DNA of 64,000 nucleotides, from contig CAVSAC010000014.1 in NCBI GenBank assembly GCA_963725865.1, forward strand, positions 1,600,001-1,664,000. Direction: 5' to 3'. Below are positions 1 through 10,476 of this stretch, piece after piece. The stretch comes from Candidatus Eiseniibacteriota bacterium (lineage in GTDB: Bacteria > Eisenbacteria > RBG-16-71-46). The number at the start of each line of letters is the position of its first letter. The stretch's first letter is position 1. Position numbers and translations under genes: made by a program. A model generated the notes under the pieces. The model made no database searches. It saw nothing but the letters and a program-made list of their open reading frames with translations, and was not told the DNA's origin.

Positions 1-12
1 GCGGCCGCGCTC

Positions 13-1215
13 GTGACGGCAATGTCGCCAGTGGCGAGCTTCGCCCAGGCCGACTCGTCCGGGCCGGCTTCGCTCAGCCTCACGAGCCTCCGATCGTGGA
101 CCGCGCCATCCAACACCCGCGTGGTGCTCGACTTCTCGGCGCCGGTGACGGTGGTGATGTCCGACTCCGGCGTTGCTCGCCGCATCGTCGTGCGCGCCCC
201 GGGGGAGCAGTTCGAGCTCCCGTCCGGCGTGCCCAGCCGCCTGGTGGTGGGAGACGGCGCGATCGACTCGGTGCAGGTGCTCGCCGAGCCCGCGGGCACA
301 TCGTTCGTCTTCTGGCTCGCCGACTCGACGTCGTTCCGGGCCTTCACGCTGCCCGCGATGGACGACAAGCCGTTCCGCGTGGTGGTCGATGTCGATCACC
401 CGGGCGGCGACGCTGCCGAAGAGCGGCGGCTTGCCAACATCGCGGCCGCGAAGCGCCGGGACCGCGTGCGCGTGGTGGCGATCGACGCCGGGCACGGCGG
501 TGACGACACGGGTGCCCGCGGCCCCGGCGGTGTGCTCGAGAAGCATGTCACGCTCGCCATCGCCCGTGCGCTGGCGGCCGAGCTGGGGCAGATCGAGGGA
601 GTCCGCGCGGTGCTGACGCGCGACCAGGACTACTTCATCCCGTTGCGCGAGCGCTACCACATCGCGGAGAAGGTGAAGGCGGACCTGTTCGTCAGCATCC
701 ACGCGAACTCGTCGCGCCGGCGCGGCTCCGGCAGCGGCTCCGAGGTCTACTTCTTGTCGCTACGCGGCGCCACCGATCAGTCCGATGCGGACCTCGCCGA
801 TCTCGAAAACGCCGCCGACCTGGTGGGAGGCGTGCCCCAGCACGCGGAGGACGACCTGGTGTCGATCCTCTACGACGTGAAGCGCAATGCGGCGCTCGAG
901 CAGAGCCAACTGCTCGCGGAGACGCTGCTCGACCACCTGGCCACCGATCGGCGGCTGGAATCGCGCGGCGTGAAGCAGGCCGGCTTCGCGGTGCTCAAGT
1001 CCGTGGAGTTCCCCTCGGTGCTGGTGGAGACCGCGTTCATCAACAACCCGGTGGAAGCGCGGCTGCTCCGCAATCCCAACTTCCAGCGCCAGATGGCGCA
1101 CCAGCTCGCGAGCGGGCTGCGCACGTATTTCGAGCGCACCGGAGCGCTGCGTACTTCCGGATCCGCGGGCGGCGCACCCGGCTCCCAGGCGCCGGCCAGC
1201 GCCTCGCACCCTTGA
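13..1215 (+). CDS. N-acetylmuramoyl-L-alanine amidase (Amidase_3) with N-terminal AMIN-like domain; true start may lie before the window
   Basis: Motifs IDAGHGG, EK, FVSIHANS, SVLVETAFINN; N-terminal TRVVLDF/FRVVVDV AMIN-like segments. Confidence 0.93.
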   Translation: MTAMSPVASFAQADSSGPASLSLTSLRSWTAPSNTRVVLDFSAPVTVVMSDSGVARRIVVRAPGEQFELPSGVPSRLVVGDGAIDSVQVLAEPAGTSFVFWLADSTSFRAFTLPAMDDKPFRVVVDVDHPGGDAAEERRLANIAAAKRRDRVRVVAIDAGHGGDDTGARGPGGVLEKHVTLAIARALAAELGQIEGVRAVLTRDQDYFIPLRERYHIAEKVKADLFVSIHANSSRRRGSGSGSEVYFLSLRGATDQSDADLADLENAADLVGGVPQHAEDDLVSILYDVKRNAALEQSQLLAETLLDHLATDRRLESRGVKQAGFAVLKSVEFPSVLVETAFINNPVEARLLRNPNFQRQMAHQLASGLRTYFERTGALRTSGSAGGAPGSQAPASASHP

Positions 1216-1243
1216 CCGCGCGCGCGGACCGCCGCTCGCGCAC

Positions 1244-4200
1244 CTAGCGGCGTCCCACGCGCTGGATGCGGCCGTCCAGCTGCACGTCCAAAGCCGCTCC
1301 TCCGGCGCAACGCTCGCTCACGAACGTCTCGAGCGCGTCGCGCACCAGCGCCCCGTCATCGCGCCGATCCCGCCCATTCGAGAGCGTCGAGTAGTTGTCG
1401 CCCCCGCTGGCCATGAAGTTGTTGCACACCGTGCGGTAGTCGCGCGTCGGCTCGAGCGGCGAGCCGTCCGCGAGCGCGATCGACTTCACGCGCTGGCCCG
1501 CGGGGCCGTCCGGATCGTAGCTGAAGCGGATGCCGCTCACCTGCGTGACGCGCCCGTACGCCAGCCCCTCTTCGATCACCTGCCGCACCTCGGCGCCGGT
1601 GAGCGTGACGAGCGTCATGGTGTTGTCGAATGGCATCACCTCGTAGATCGAGCCCTTCGTGAGCGCGCCCTCGGGGAGCTCCGCACGCAGACCGCCGGTG
1701 TTCTGGAACGCGATGTCCACCTTCGCGGCGGCGCGCATCGCGTCGGCGACCAGGTCGCCGACGGCGTTCTCGGGGCTCCCGCGCGGGATGCGGCGGGCCG
1801 AACGACCGAGCGGGGTCGCGGCGAGCGGGCCGATGGCGGCGTTCCAGTGCTCGACCCGCGCGAGCCATACGCTGTCGGGCCGCACCTCGTCGGCGTACGT
1901 GGTCACTAGTCGCGCGCGGTGCTCGACCACTTTGCCCGCGAGCGGGTCCACGACCAGATCGCACACACCCACCACCTGTCCGAGCGCGCCGGAGATCATC
2001 ACCGGGGCGCCGCCGATCTCGTCGAGCACCTGATTGTGGCTGTGGCCGCCGAACCACGCATCGACGCCGGGCACCCCGCGGGCCATCCGCGGCAGGTCGC
2101 CGCTCACCGCGCGCCGCGTGGAATCGGTCTCGGCCGGGATGTGGCCCACGCTCAGCACCACCCGGGCGTGATCGCGCTGGCGCAGCCGCGGCGCGACTCG
2201 CGCCGCCCAGAGGGAGTCGTCCTCGAAACGCAGGTGCGCGACGCACGAGGGCAGCGTCACGGTCGGTGTGTGGCGGTAGCACAGCCCGAGCACGCCGACC
2301 TTCACGCCACGCCGCACGAACACCGTATCCGAGCGGATGTCGCGCGGCATCCGGCCGGTCGCGCGCACGATCATGTTCGCTCCGAGCGCCGCGAACTGCA
2401 TCTCGGCGACGCGTCGCGAGAGCGTGTCGGCGCTCCAGTCGAAGTCGTGGTTGCCGACCGCCATCGCGGTGTAGCGGAGTGCGTTCATCTGCTCGATCAC
2501 CGGGCGGCCGAACTGCAGGTTCGAGATCATGGTGCCCTGAGCGCAGTCGCCGCCGTCGAGCAGCACCGTGCCCTCGGGGTTCTCCGCGCGCAGCCGCTCG
2601 ACATGGGCGGCGAGCACCGCGCTGCCGCCGATCGGCCGGTTCGTGCGGCGCTCGCGGGCACCCGACAGGATCGCACCGTGGAAGTCGGTGGTCTCGAGCA
2701 CGCGCACCTGCGGGAAGCGCGCATTGGCGATCATCCCGAGCGCCTGCCCGCGGGTGAGGGGCGGCGACGACGGCCAGGCGCCGGGGCCGGCCCCTGGCGG
2801 AGGGATCCGGGTGCCGGTGACGAGCGAGCGCCGGAACGAGGCGAGGTCGGCGGGGCGGGCGACGTCGTAGCGCGCGCGGCGCGCCGCTGCCTCCAGCGTG
2901 CCGGCGAGGAACGCCGCGCTCGCCGGCGCGCCTGCTGCCGCAGTCGACTTCGGCGCCGGCGCCCCGAACGCACGCGCGGCCCAGGCGGCGACCTCGCCGG
3001 TGCGCGCCACGGAGTCGGCGTCGAGTGACTCCGCCTGGTCGCGCGCGAGCACGCCGCGGCGCACCAGCAGATCGAGCAGCGGCCGCTCCGGCGTCGTTGC
3101 GTACGCGGGCAGCAGGTGCCACCCGTTGCGCCAGGCGCCGGTCAGGCGCTGGGCGCGCGTGATGGTCTCGACCACCAGGTCGCGAATGTCGACCCGTCCC
3201 TCGCTCACGCGCGGTGCGCGGTGGATCATCTCGAAGCCGCCGCCGCCGTTGGCGCGATAGGACGAGACGGCGACTCGGAGCGGGGTCGCCGGATCGAGCG
3301 GCGCGCCGCGGAACGTCAACGCACTCACCCGCTCGCCTGGAGGCTTCGCCAGGTCGACCGTGTACGAGACGCCCTCGGCCATGTCGAACTGGTAACCGGG
3401 CACCGAAGGGTCCGCGAGGGGCTTGCCGTGCTCGAACGTATACGGCGCCAGGTAGCGGCACGATTGCTCGAGCGCCGCCCTCAGCTCGGCGCCGGTGAGG
3501 GTGACCATGACGAGCGTGTTGTCGTAGGGATAGAGCCGCATCGCGTCTCGCAGCCGCACCGGGCCCTTCGCGATGCGCGCACCCGGATCGAACAGCGGCG
3601 CCAGCGACACGTCGGCGCCCGAGGCCTCGAGCATCGCGCGATGCACCAGCGCCCACAGCGGGCCTGGCGCGAAGCGCCCGCGCGGGGCGCCGATCTCGAC
3701 CACCGCCTCGCCGATCACCTGATCGAGCGCGGCGCGGGTGGCGTCGTGGTAGGGCTGCGCGAAGGAGACCAGTGCGCTGTCCGCGGGCATCGAGTCGGTC
3801 ACCGCGATCACGCGGCCGCGCTTCTCCTGGACGGTCCAGGGCCCGCTGGCGCCCGCGCGCGTGAGCGTGAGGTCGATGCGGCCGAGTCCTTCGCCGCGGG
3901 TGCCGGCCTGCGCGACCAGCACGCCATTCACGGTCGTCCCCGGCACCACCACGTGGGTGTGCCCGAGCACCAGTACGTCGGCCCCCCTCAGATGGTTCGC
4001 CAGCCGCAGGCCCCAGTTCTCGTCGGGGGCGTCGCCACTGCGCGCGAGCCCGGTCCCCGGATCCTGCTCGAACCCGGTGTGGGCCAGTACCACCACCACG
4101 TCGCAACTCCCGCTGCCGCGCAGGCGCGCGATTTCGGCGTTCGCGGCCTCGACCGGCGAGGTGAAGCGCAGTCCCGCGAGGCGCGCCGAGTCCTCCAGCG

Positions 4201-4729
4201 CGGGCAGCGCCGGCGTGGTCACTCCCACGATGCCCACACGGAGCGCGCCGCAGGTCTTCACGATCGAGCTCCCGAACGCGGGCAGTCCGTCGCTGGCGCG
4301 CACCACGTTGGCCGCCAGCCACGGGAACCCGGCGGTGGCGCGTGCGCGCTCGAGAGCGTCACGGCCGTACGAGAACTCGTGATTGCCGATCGCCATCGCG
4401 TCGTAGCCCATGCGGGCCATCGCGGTCGTGATCGGCTCGGGGCGCGTGCGGTCGCCCTTCTGGTAGACGGCCGCCAGCGGGCCGCCCTGCAGGGCATCGC
4501 CGTCGTCGAGCAGCAACACCGGCGGACCCTCCGCGCGGATGCTGCGGACCAGCGGCGCGAGCTTCACGAGCCCGCGCGCGGCCGGCTGGTCGGCGAGGTA
4601 ATCCCAGGCGGTGAGCGCGCCATGGAGGTCGGTGGTATGGAGCACGACGAGGCGGGCCTCGTCGGCGGCGGCGACGCCCGCGGCGAGCGCGAGCGCGAAC
4701 AGAGCGGAGACCACTGGGCGGAGGCGCAT
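1244..4729 (-). CDS. Secreted bifunctional metallophosphoesterase/5'-nucleotidase with two tandem modules (CpdB-like + UshA-like)
   Basis: Signal peptide; two sets of TDxHG / DxGD / GNH(E/D)F / GH(T/S)H motifs, each followed by a 5'-nucleotidase C-terminal domain (YPYDN, MPFDN). Confidence 0.9.
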   Translation of the reverse strand: MRLRPVVSALFALALAAGVAAADEARLVVLHTTDLHGALTAWDYLADQPAARGLVKLAPLVRSIRAEGPPVLLLDDGDALQGGPLAAVYQKGDRTRPEPITTAMARMGYDAMAIGNHEFSYGRDALERARATAGFPWLAANVVRASDGLPAFGSSIVKTCGALRVGIVGVTTPALPALEDSARLAGLRFTSPVEAANAEIARLRGSGSCDVVVVLAHTGFEQDPGTGLARSGDAPDENWGLRLANHLRGADVLVLGHTHVVVPGTTVNGVLVAQAGTRGEGLGRIDLTLTRAGASGPWTVQEKRGRVIAVTDSMPADSALVSFAQPYHDATRAALDQVIGEAVVEIGAPRGRFAPGPLWALVHRAMLEASGADVSLAPLFDPGARIAKGPVRLRDAMRLYPYDNTLVMVTLTGAELRAALEQSCRYLAPYTFEHGKPLADPSVPGYQFDMAEGVSYTVDLAKPPGERVSALTFRGAPLDPATPLRVAVSSYRANGGGGFEMIHRAPRVSEGRVDIRDLVVETITRAQRLTGAWRNGWHLLPAYATTPERPLLDLLVRRGVLARDQAESLDADSVARTGEVAAWAARAFGAPAPKSTAAAGAPASAAFLAGTLEAAARRARYDVARPADLASFRRSLVTGTRIPPPGAGPGAWPSSPPLTRGQALGMIANARFPQVRVLETTDFHGAILSGARERRTNRPIGGSAVLAAHVERLRAENPEGTVLLDGGDCAQGTMISNLQFGRPVIEQMNALRYTAMAVGNHDFDWSADTLSRRVAEMQFAALGANMIVRATGRMPRDIRSDTVFVRRGVKVGVLGLCYRHTPTVTLPSCVAHLRFEDDSLWAARVAPRLRQRDHARVVLSVGHIPAETDSTRRAVSGDLPRMARGVPGVDAWFGGHSHNQVLDEIGGAPVMISGALGQVVGVCDLVVDPLAGKVVEHRARLVTTYADEVRPDSVWLARVEHWNAAIGPLAATPLGRSARRIPRGSPENAVGDLVADAMRAAAKVDIAFQNTGGLRAELPEGALTKGSIYEVMPFDNTMTLVTLTGAEVRQVIEEGLAYGRVTQVSGIRFSYDPDGPAGQRVKSIALADGSPLEPTRDYRTVCNNFMASGGDNYSTLSNGRDRRDDGALVRDALETFVSERCAGGAALDVQLDGRIQRVGRR

Positions 4730-4869
4730 GGGGTACGAACGCTAACACCGGCCTTCGAGGCGATCAACGCTAGCCGCTCACGCCGCCGCGTCGCGGGCTT
4801 GCCGCCCGCACAGGCGCCCGCCTATAGTCGCCGCCGCGCATCCAGACCGAGAATCGACGAGGAGGGACG

Positions 4870-5688
4870 ATGTCCGACGCCGTGAGCTGCCCGTCCTGCG
4901 GGACGGTGAATCCCGCGGGCAGCGAGAGCTGCTCGTCGTGCAACTTCCCCCTCCGCGCGCCCACCGCCGCGCCGCGCGCGAGCGAGCCGGCGCGGCCCGC
5001 CGCCGAGGAGCCGGTTCGCATCGAGCGTCCGCTGCCGTACCGGCCCCGCCGGCGCCCTGGCGGTCCCGCGAATCAGCAGGCCATGACCCTGTGGCTCGTG
5101 TTCGGGGCGATCGCGGCGGCAGCGGTCATCTTCGTCGCGTTCCAGGCCACGCTCCAGCACAAGGCGGATGCGCCCACGGTCGAGGGCGCGAACGCGGACG
5201 CCCAGAAGCACGTCGACGAGCTGCGCGCCCTGTTGTCGCAGGACTCGACGAACATCAACGCGCGCCAGCAACTCGCCGACATCCTGTATGACACCGCGAA
5301 CTGGAACGACGCGATCGTGCAGTACCGCTCGGTGGTCCGCCAGGACTCCAGCCGCGCCACCGCGATCGTCGACCTCGGGGTCTGCTACTACAACCTCGGC
5401 TTCGTGGACGAGGCCAAGCGCCACTTCGAGCTGGGCCTCAAGCGTCAGTCCGACCACCCGATCGCGCTTTTCAACCTGGGGATCGTGGCCGAGCGCCAGA
5501 ACGACCTCGAGGGCGCGCTGAAGTACTACCATCGCGCGGTGCAGTCGAATCCTCCCGAGAACATGATGTCGGCGCTCACCGAGGCGGTGATGCGGGTGAG
5601 CAAGGCGCTCGGTCGCTCGCCGCGCCCGCTCACGGGCGCGCCCGGCGCCGGCATGCCGCCGCAGGGGATGCCGCCGAGCGGTCGCTAG
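4870..5688 (+). CDS. Zinc-ribbon + single TM + TPR repeat protein
   Basis: CPSCG..CSSCN double CxxC, one hydrophobic helix, TPR-like repeats (DLGVCYYNLG, FNLGIVAE); GGAGG RBS. Confidence 0.8.
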   Translation: MSDAVSCPSCGTVNPAGSESCSSCNFPLRAPTAAPRASEPARPAAEEPVRIERPLPYRPRRRPGGPANQQAMTLWLVFGAIAAAAVIFVAFQATLQHKADAPTVEGANADAQKHVDELRALLSQDSTNINARQQLADILYDTANWNDAIVQYRSVVRQDSSRATAIVDLGVCYYNLGFVDEAKRHFELGLKRQSDHPIALFNLGIVAERQNDLEGALKYYHRAVQSNPPENMMSALTEAVMRVSKALGRSPRPLTGAPGAGMPPQGMPPSGR

Positions 5689-5734
5689 CGCGCTTCGGAT
5701 CCGGGCGGCGGCCCCGACTGCGGGGCGCACGCCG

Positions 5735-6409
5735 TCATCCGGCGCGCTCGGGCAACAGGCCCATGGCGCTCAGCGCCGAGCGCGTGTGGAGGGCGGTGTC
5801 GCCTGGCGCGAGCGTCAGCTCGCCGAGCCATCGCACCAGCGCCGCGGGCGTGTCGAGGTCCGCGAGCGGCTCCAGTCGTGCGACCCGCAGCCCCAGTGCC
5901 GCCGCCCGTTCGAGCGTGCGGGCGAGCACCTGCGGAGTACTCCAGGGCACGTCCTCGAACAACGCGGGGCACGGCCGCTGCAGCCCGATCAGCGTGTATC
6001 CACCATCGAGCGCCGGCCCCACCACCATGTCGTGCTCCTCGAGACGAGCGAGCGCGGCGCCGATCCGGGACCCATCGAGCGCGGGGCAGTCGGCCCCCAT
6101 CACCAGCGCGCGGTCGGCGGGCGCGCGCAGCAGTGCGGCGAACGCATCCGCCAGGCGCTCGCCGAGGTCGCCGCCGCGCTGCCGGGCGACCGTCCAGTCC
6201 GGCGGGACGTCGGGGTCCGGCCCCCCGGCGAGCGGCTCCGCCCACCAGAGGGTTCGGTGGTCCGCCGATGCGGCCTGGGCGGCCGCGAGCGCGTCGCGAA
6301 GCATGCCGCGATAGAGCTCACAGGCGAGGCGCGGTGGCAAGGCCGGCGAGAGCCGGGTCTTCACCCGGCCCACGACCGCCGGGCGCGCGAACACTGCGAT
6401 GTGCCGCAT
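5735..6409 (-). CDS. TIGR04282/DUF2064 family glycosyltransferase-like protein
   Basis: FARPAVVGRVKTRL, QRGGDLGERL, GADCP, GPALDGGYTLIG, VPWST, DLDT motifs; ATG at 6409. Confidence 0.85.
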   Translation of the reverse strand: MRHIAVFARPAVVGRVKTRLSPALPPRLACELYRGMLRDALAAAQAASADHRTLWWAEPLAGGPDPDVPPDWTVARQRGGDLGERLADAFAALLRAPADRALVMGADCPALDGSRIGAALARLEEHDMVVGPALDGGYTLIGLQRPCPALFEDVPWSTPQVLARTLERAAALGLRVARLEPLADLDTPAALVRWLGELTLAPGDTALHTRSALSAMGLLPERAG

Positions 6410-6472
6410 GCCGCCACCATACCCGCCGCGCGGGCGGCCGCGGAAACTAGCCCCGCGCTCGTCGCCCCCGCG

Positions 6473-6501
6473 TTGACAGCCCACGGGCCCGTTCCTAGAG
6501 T
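6473..6501 (+). promoter_or_regulatory. sigma70-type promoter of lpdA
   Basis: TTGACA-17bp-TAGAGT. Confidence 0.65.
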
Positions 6502-6581
6502 CCCCGGGATCCTCTGCACCGACTCCGTCCCCGGGCTGCCGCGCCCGGCGCGGAACTCCCTGAACATCGAGAGCGAACTCC

Positions 6582-8003
6582 ATGTCCGATCCCCGGCACT
6601 TTCAGGTCGTCATCATCGGCACCGGTCCCGGCGGCTACGTCGCCGCCATCCGCGCGGCGCAACTCGGACTCCAAACCGCCGTCGTCGAGAAGGACGAGCT
6701 GGGCGGGACCTGCCTGAACTGGGGCTGCATTCCGACCAAGGCCTGGGTGGTCTCCGCGCACCTCTACGAACAGATCAAGCGCGCGAAGGAGTTCGGTATC
6801 GAGGTTGGCGAGCCGCGGATCCGCTGGGACTGGCTGCTGGAGCGCAAGAACAAGGTCGTGAAGCAGATGACCGGGGGCGTCGGGACGCTGCTGAAGGGCC
6901 GCGGGGTCGAGGTGATCCGGGGCAACGCGCGGCTGACAGGCGGCCATCGCATGGTGGTCGCTCTCAAGGACGGCTCGCAGCAGGAGCTGACCGCCGACGA
7001 CGTCGTGCTCGCCACCGGGGCGGCCGCGACGCTGCCGCCCGGCTGGAAGCTCGATGGCGAGCGCGTCATCACCAGCCAGGAGGCCCTCGACCTGAAGACC
7101 CAGCCGCGGCGGCTGGCGGTGCTCGGCGGGGGGGTGGTGGGCTGCGAGTTCGCATGCTTCTTTGCGGCGATCGGCACCCAGGTGACGCTGATCGAGATGC
7201 TGCCGCACCTGGTGCCGAACGAGGACGACGAGATCGCCCAGACGCTCGAGCGGGAACTCAAGAAGCAGAAGATCGCGCTCCATCTCGGCACCAAGGTCGA
7301 GGGCGTGAAGGACGCTGCCGGCGGCGCGCTGTCTCTCACGCTTTCGAACGGCCAGCAAGTCGAGGTGGACACCGTGCTCGTGGCGACCGGGCGGCGCCCG
7401 TTCACCGGCGGGCTGGGGCTGGAGGCCGCGGGCGTGGACGTCGGTGAGCGTGGCAAGGTGGTGGTCGATGCCGAGCTGCGCACCCGCGCGGCGCGCGTGT
7501 GGGCGATCGGGGACGTCACCGACATCAAGCAGTTGGCGCACTTCGCCTCGGCGCAGGGCAAGGCGGTGGTGGCGCGGATCGCGGGCCACTCCGCGCAGAC
7601 GGACTGGCGCGCGGTGCCGGCCGCGACGTTCACCACGCCGGAGATCGCGAGTGTCGGTCTGACGGAGCGCGAGGCGCTCGCCCGCGGTCGCACCCTCAAG
7701 ATCGGACGCTTCCCGTTCCGTGCCCATGGTCGCAACATCGCCGACGGGGAGACGACCGGGTTCGTCAAGCTCATCGGGGATGCCGCCACCGACCAACTGC
7801 TCGGCGCGCATATCATCGGTGCGAAGGCGAGCGAGCTCGTGCACGAGTGCTCGCTGGCGATCGCGGCCGATCTCGACATGCATCACCTGGCGCAGGCCAT
7901 CCACGCGCACCCCACGATGACCGAAACCATCGGGGAGGCGGCCGAGGACGCAGACCTGATGGCGATCCATCTGATCCGCCAAGAGGCGAAAGCGGCGCGC
8001 TGA
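6582..8003 (+). CDS. lpdA: Dihydrolipoyl dehydrogenase
   Basis: GTGPGGY FAD motif, GGTCLNWGCIPTK redox disulfide, GGGVVGCE NAD motif, HAHPTMTE. Confidence 0.95.
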   Translation: MSDPRHFQVVIIGTGPGGYVAAIRAAQLGLQTAVVEKDELGGTCLNWGCIPTKAWVVSAHLYEQIKRAKEFGIEVGEPRIRWDWLLERKNKVVKQMTGGVGTLLKGRGVEVIRGNARLTGGHRMVVALKDGSQQELTADDVVLATGAAATLPPGWKLDGERVITSQEALDLKTQPRRLAVLGGGVVGCEFACFFAAIGTQVTLIEMLPHLVPNEDDEIAQTLERELKKQKIALHLGTKVEGVKDAAGGALSLTLSNGQQVEVDTVLVATGRRPFTGGLGLEAAGVDVGERGKVVVDAELRTRAARVWAIGDVTDIKQLAHFASAQGKAVVARIAGHSAQTDWRAVPAATFTTPEIASVGLTEREALARGRTLKIGRFPFRAHGRNIADGETTGFVKLIGDAATDQLLGAHIIGAKASELVHECSLAIAADLDMHHLAQAIHAHPTMTETIGEAAEDADLMAIHLIRQEAKAAR

Positions 8004-8047
8004 ACGGGGCCGCGCCGGTGGTCGGCGCGGGGTGGGGAGGAGCACAC

Positions 8048-8980
8048 ATGGCGCTGGTCGTGGGCTCGGCCACGGATCTCGGCCGGCGGCGGCAACAGAA
8101 CGAGGACAGCTTCGTGGTGTGGTCGCCCGCGGGCGAGGCCGATCGCGCGCGCCGCGGGGCCCTGCTCGTGGTCGCCGATGGCATGGGCGGCGCGGCGGCC
8201 GGTGAGGTCGCCAGCCGCATGGCGGTCGAGACCGTCCTCGAACGCTATCGCGGGGCGAGCGAGGTGCCCCCGCTGGCCGCGCTCAAGTCGGCGCTCGAGG
8301 AGGCGAACCGGCGGGTGCATCGCGAGAGCCTGCTGCACCCGGAGTACCGCGGCATGGGCACGACCTGCACGGCCGCAGTCGTCCGCGACGCGGCGGTGAC
8401 CATCGCGCATGTGGGGGACAGCCGGGCCTACCTGGCGCGGGGTGACGCACTGCGCCCGCTCACGCGCGACCACACATTGGTCGCGCAGCTCGTGAGCGAG
8501 GGTCGGCTGACCGCGGAGGAATCGCGCACCGACTCGCGGCGCAACGTGGTGACCCGCTGCATCGGCGTGAGCGAGAGCATCGAGGTGGACGCCGAGGAGT
8601 GGGGCGAGATCCTCGAGGCTGGCACCGTGCTGGTGCTCTGCACCGACGGACTCCATGGCGTGGTCGACGAGCGCGAGCTGGCGAGCGCGGCGACCGGGGT
8701 CGCCCCCGACATCGCATGCCACGCGCTGGTCGCGCTCGCGAACGAGCGCGGTGGGCCGGACAACATCACCGTGATCGTGGCGCGCGCCGATGCTCCCGCG
8801 CCCCCGCCCGCGGTGGTGATCGACGCCGGCGCGGAGCCGACGGTGAGCCCGGCGCCCGCGGCGCTCGCGGCGCCCGTGGCGCCCCGGGACCGCTGGCCGC
8901 TTGCGACCCTGATGGTGCTGGGGGGGCTGGTGGTGCTGCTCGCACTCGTGCTGACGCTCGTCCTGCGGACCGTGCGCTGA
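8048..8980 (+). CDS. PP2C-type Ser/Thr phosphatase (Stp1/PrpC-like) with C-terminal TM anchor
   Basis: NEDS, VADGMGG, GMGTT, HVGDSRAY, LCTDGL, GGPDNIT; GGAGG RBS before ATG 8048. Confidence 0.92.
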   Translation: MALVVGSATDLGRRRQQNEDSFVVWSPAGEADRARRGALLVVADGMGGAAAGEVASRMAVETVLERYRGASEVPPLAALKSALEEANRRVHRESLLHPEYRGMGTTCTAAVVRDAAVTIAHVGDSRAYLARGDALRPLTRDHTLVAQLVSEGRLTAEESRTDSRRNVVTRCIGVSESIEVDAEEWGEILEAGTVLVLCTDGLHGVVDERELASAATGVAPDIACHALVALANERGGPDNITVIVARADAPAPPPAVVIDAGAEPTVSPAPAALAAPVAPRDRWPLATLMVLGGLVVLLALVLTLVLRTVR

Positions 8981-9050
8981 CGGATCCAATCGGCAGGCGC
9001 GGGACTCCCAGGTGCGTACGCTTCCCACCACCGACCCGAGGAGGACGCGA

Positions 9051-9464
9051 ATGGCGCTCACGCAGCACCGATACGGTTTCGGCACTCCAGTGGCGCTCGG
9101 ATTCGACGCCGCTCTCGAGCGCACCATCGAGCTCCTCAAGGACGAGGGCTTCGGCGTGCTCACCACGATCGACGTGCAACGCACCCTGAAGGAGAAGCTG
9201 GACGTCGGCTTCCGGCGCTACACCATCCTGGGAGCCTGCAATCCCCCGCTGGCCCACCGTGCGTTTGAGGCGGAGCTGGAGATCGGTCTGCTGCTGCCCT
9301 GCAACGTCGTGGTCTACGAGGACGGCGCCCGATCCGTGGTGGCCTTCATGGACCCGGGCGCCGCGCTGGGCGTGGTCGGCAATCCCGGGCTCGAACCGGT
9401 AGCCCGCGAGGCTCGCGAACGGCTCCTGCGGGTCGCCGGTCGCCTGGCCGCCCTCCAACCCTGA
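9051..9464 (+). CDS. DUF302 domain protein
   Basis: GFGVLTTIDV, YTILGACNP, IGLLLPCNVVVYE. Confidence 0.9.
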   Translation: MALTQHRYGFGTPVALGFDAALERTIELLKDEGFGVLTTIDVQRTLKEKLDVGFRRYTILGACNPPLAHRAFEAELEIGLLLPCNVVVYEDGARSVVAFMDPGAALGVVGNPGLEPVAREARERLLRVAGRLAALQP

Positions 9465-9765
9465 GCCACAGCGAAACCTGGCCGCCGCCCGCGCCGCCCC
9501 GCCGAGGGTGCGACCCGGGCATTTCTCGAGGTCCCGAGCGAGCGTTCCGAAACGGAGACATGCTGCCATTCCGTTGCGGGAGCTAGCTTCACTGGGCTCG
9601 CCTGCTCCTACCCCCCAGCGGCGGACCGACGGTCCCGACGAACGCGTCTCTGATGCGCCCACGTCCCAGGGCCGACGTGCGTAGACACCGGGCGCACGCC
9701 CGAGCGATGCATGGACCCTGCATGCGCCGCGCACCCGGGGACGCCATGCGTCCCGGAGGTGATTC

Positions 9766-10476
9766 ATGAAGCAGCTGGCCACGCTCGCGGCGCTCGCGAT
9801 GCTCGTGATCGCAGTGACCGCCGTCGATTCCCGCGCGGGAAGTCCGCTGCCGGGCAACTACACCACGCTCGCCGGGACGATCCTGTCGGGGCGCGGGTCG
9901 GAATCCAATCCCTGCGATGGATGTGATGGGCAGATCGGCAATCTCCTCATGGCGGAATCATGGAGCGGCTCGGCGCTCGGTACCGAGTGGAAGGTCTCCT
10001 GTCCGCAGATCGCCGCGGCGCCGGTGCTGCTGCTCGACACCGTGGTAGGAGGCACTGGCCAGCGCATCTACCGCACCTCCTACAGCGGCGGAACCATGTG
10101 GCTCTCGGGAACCGGAGCATGGGCCGGGGGCGATGCGGACTACCTGGGGACGCTGACCGCGTTCACCACGATCGCCACCGTCCAGATCGTGGGCGGAGCG
10201 ATCGTCGGGGTCGTGAGCAACATCAACCTGAGTGGGGACTTCAGCGGCTACAGCGACTGCTTCTCCATGGCCATCACCAACGCGGCGATGGTGGGACGCA
10301 CGCCCGGCGCGGCGCCCGGGGTCTGGCCCGCGTTGATGGGGCCGACCGACTGCGCCGCGAGCGCCACCCACGGCGTGTGGTGGAACGTGAGCGACGTGAC
10401 TCTGTCGCTGCTGGGTTCCTGCGCCACCGACGCCAATTCCTCCACCTGGGGAAGCCTGAAGCTCCTGTATCGCTAG
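9766..10476 (+). CDS. Secreted hypothetical protein with C-terminal TWGSLKLLYR motif (paralog of 11812..12570)
   Basis: Signal peptide, GGAGG RBS, Gly/Ser/Thr/Cys-rich body, terminal motif. Confidence 0.8.
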   Translation: MKQLATLAALAMLVIAVTAVDSRAGSPLPGNYTTLAGTILSGRGSESNPCDGCDGQIGNLLMAESWSGSALGTEWKVSCPQIAAAPVLLLDTVVGGTGQRIYRTSYSGGTMWLSGTGAWAGGDADYLGTLTAFTTIATVQIVGGAIVGVVSNINLSGDFSGYSDCFSMAITNAAMVGRTPGAAPGVWPALMGPTDCAASATHGVWWNVSDVTLSLLGSCATDANSSTWGSLKLLYR

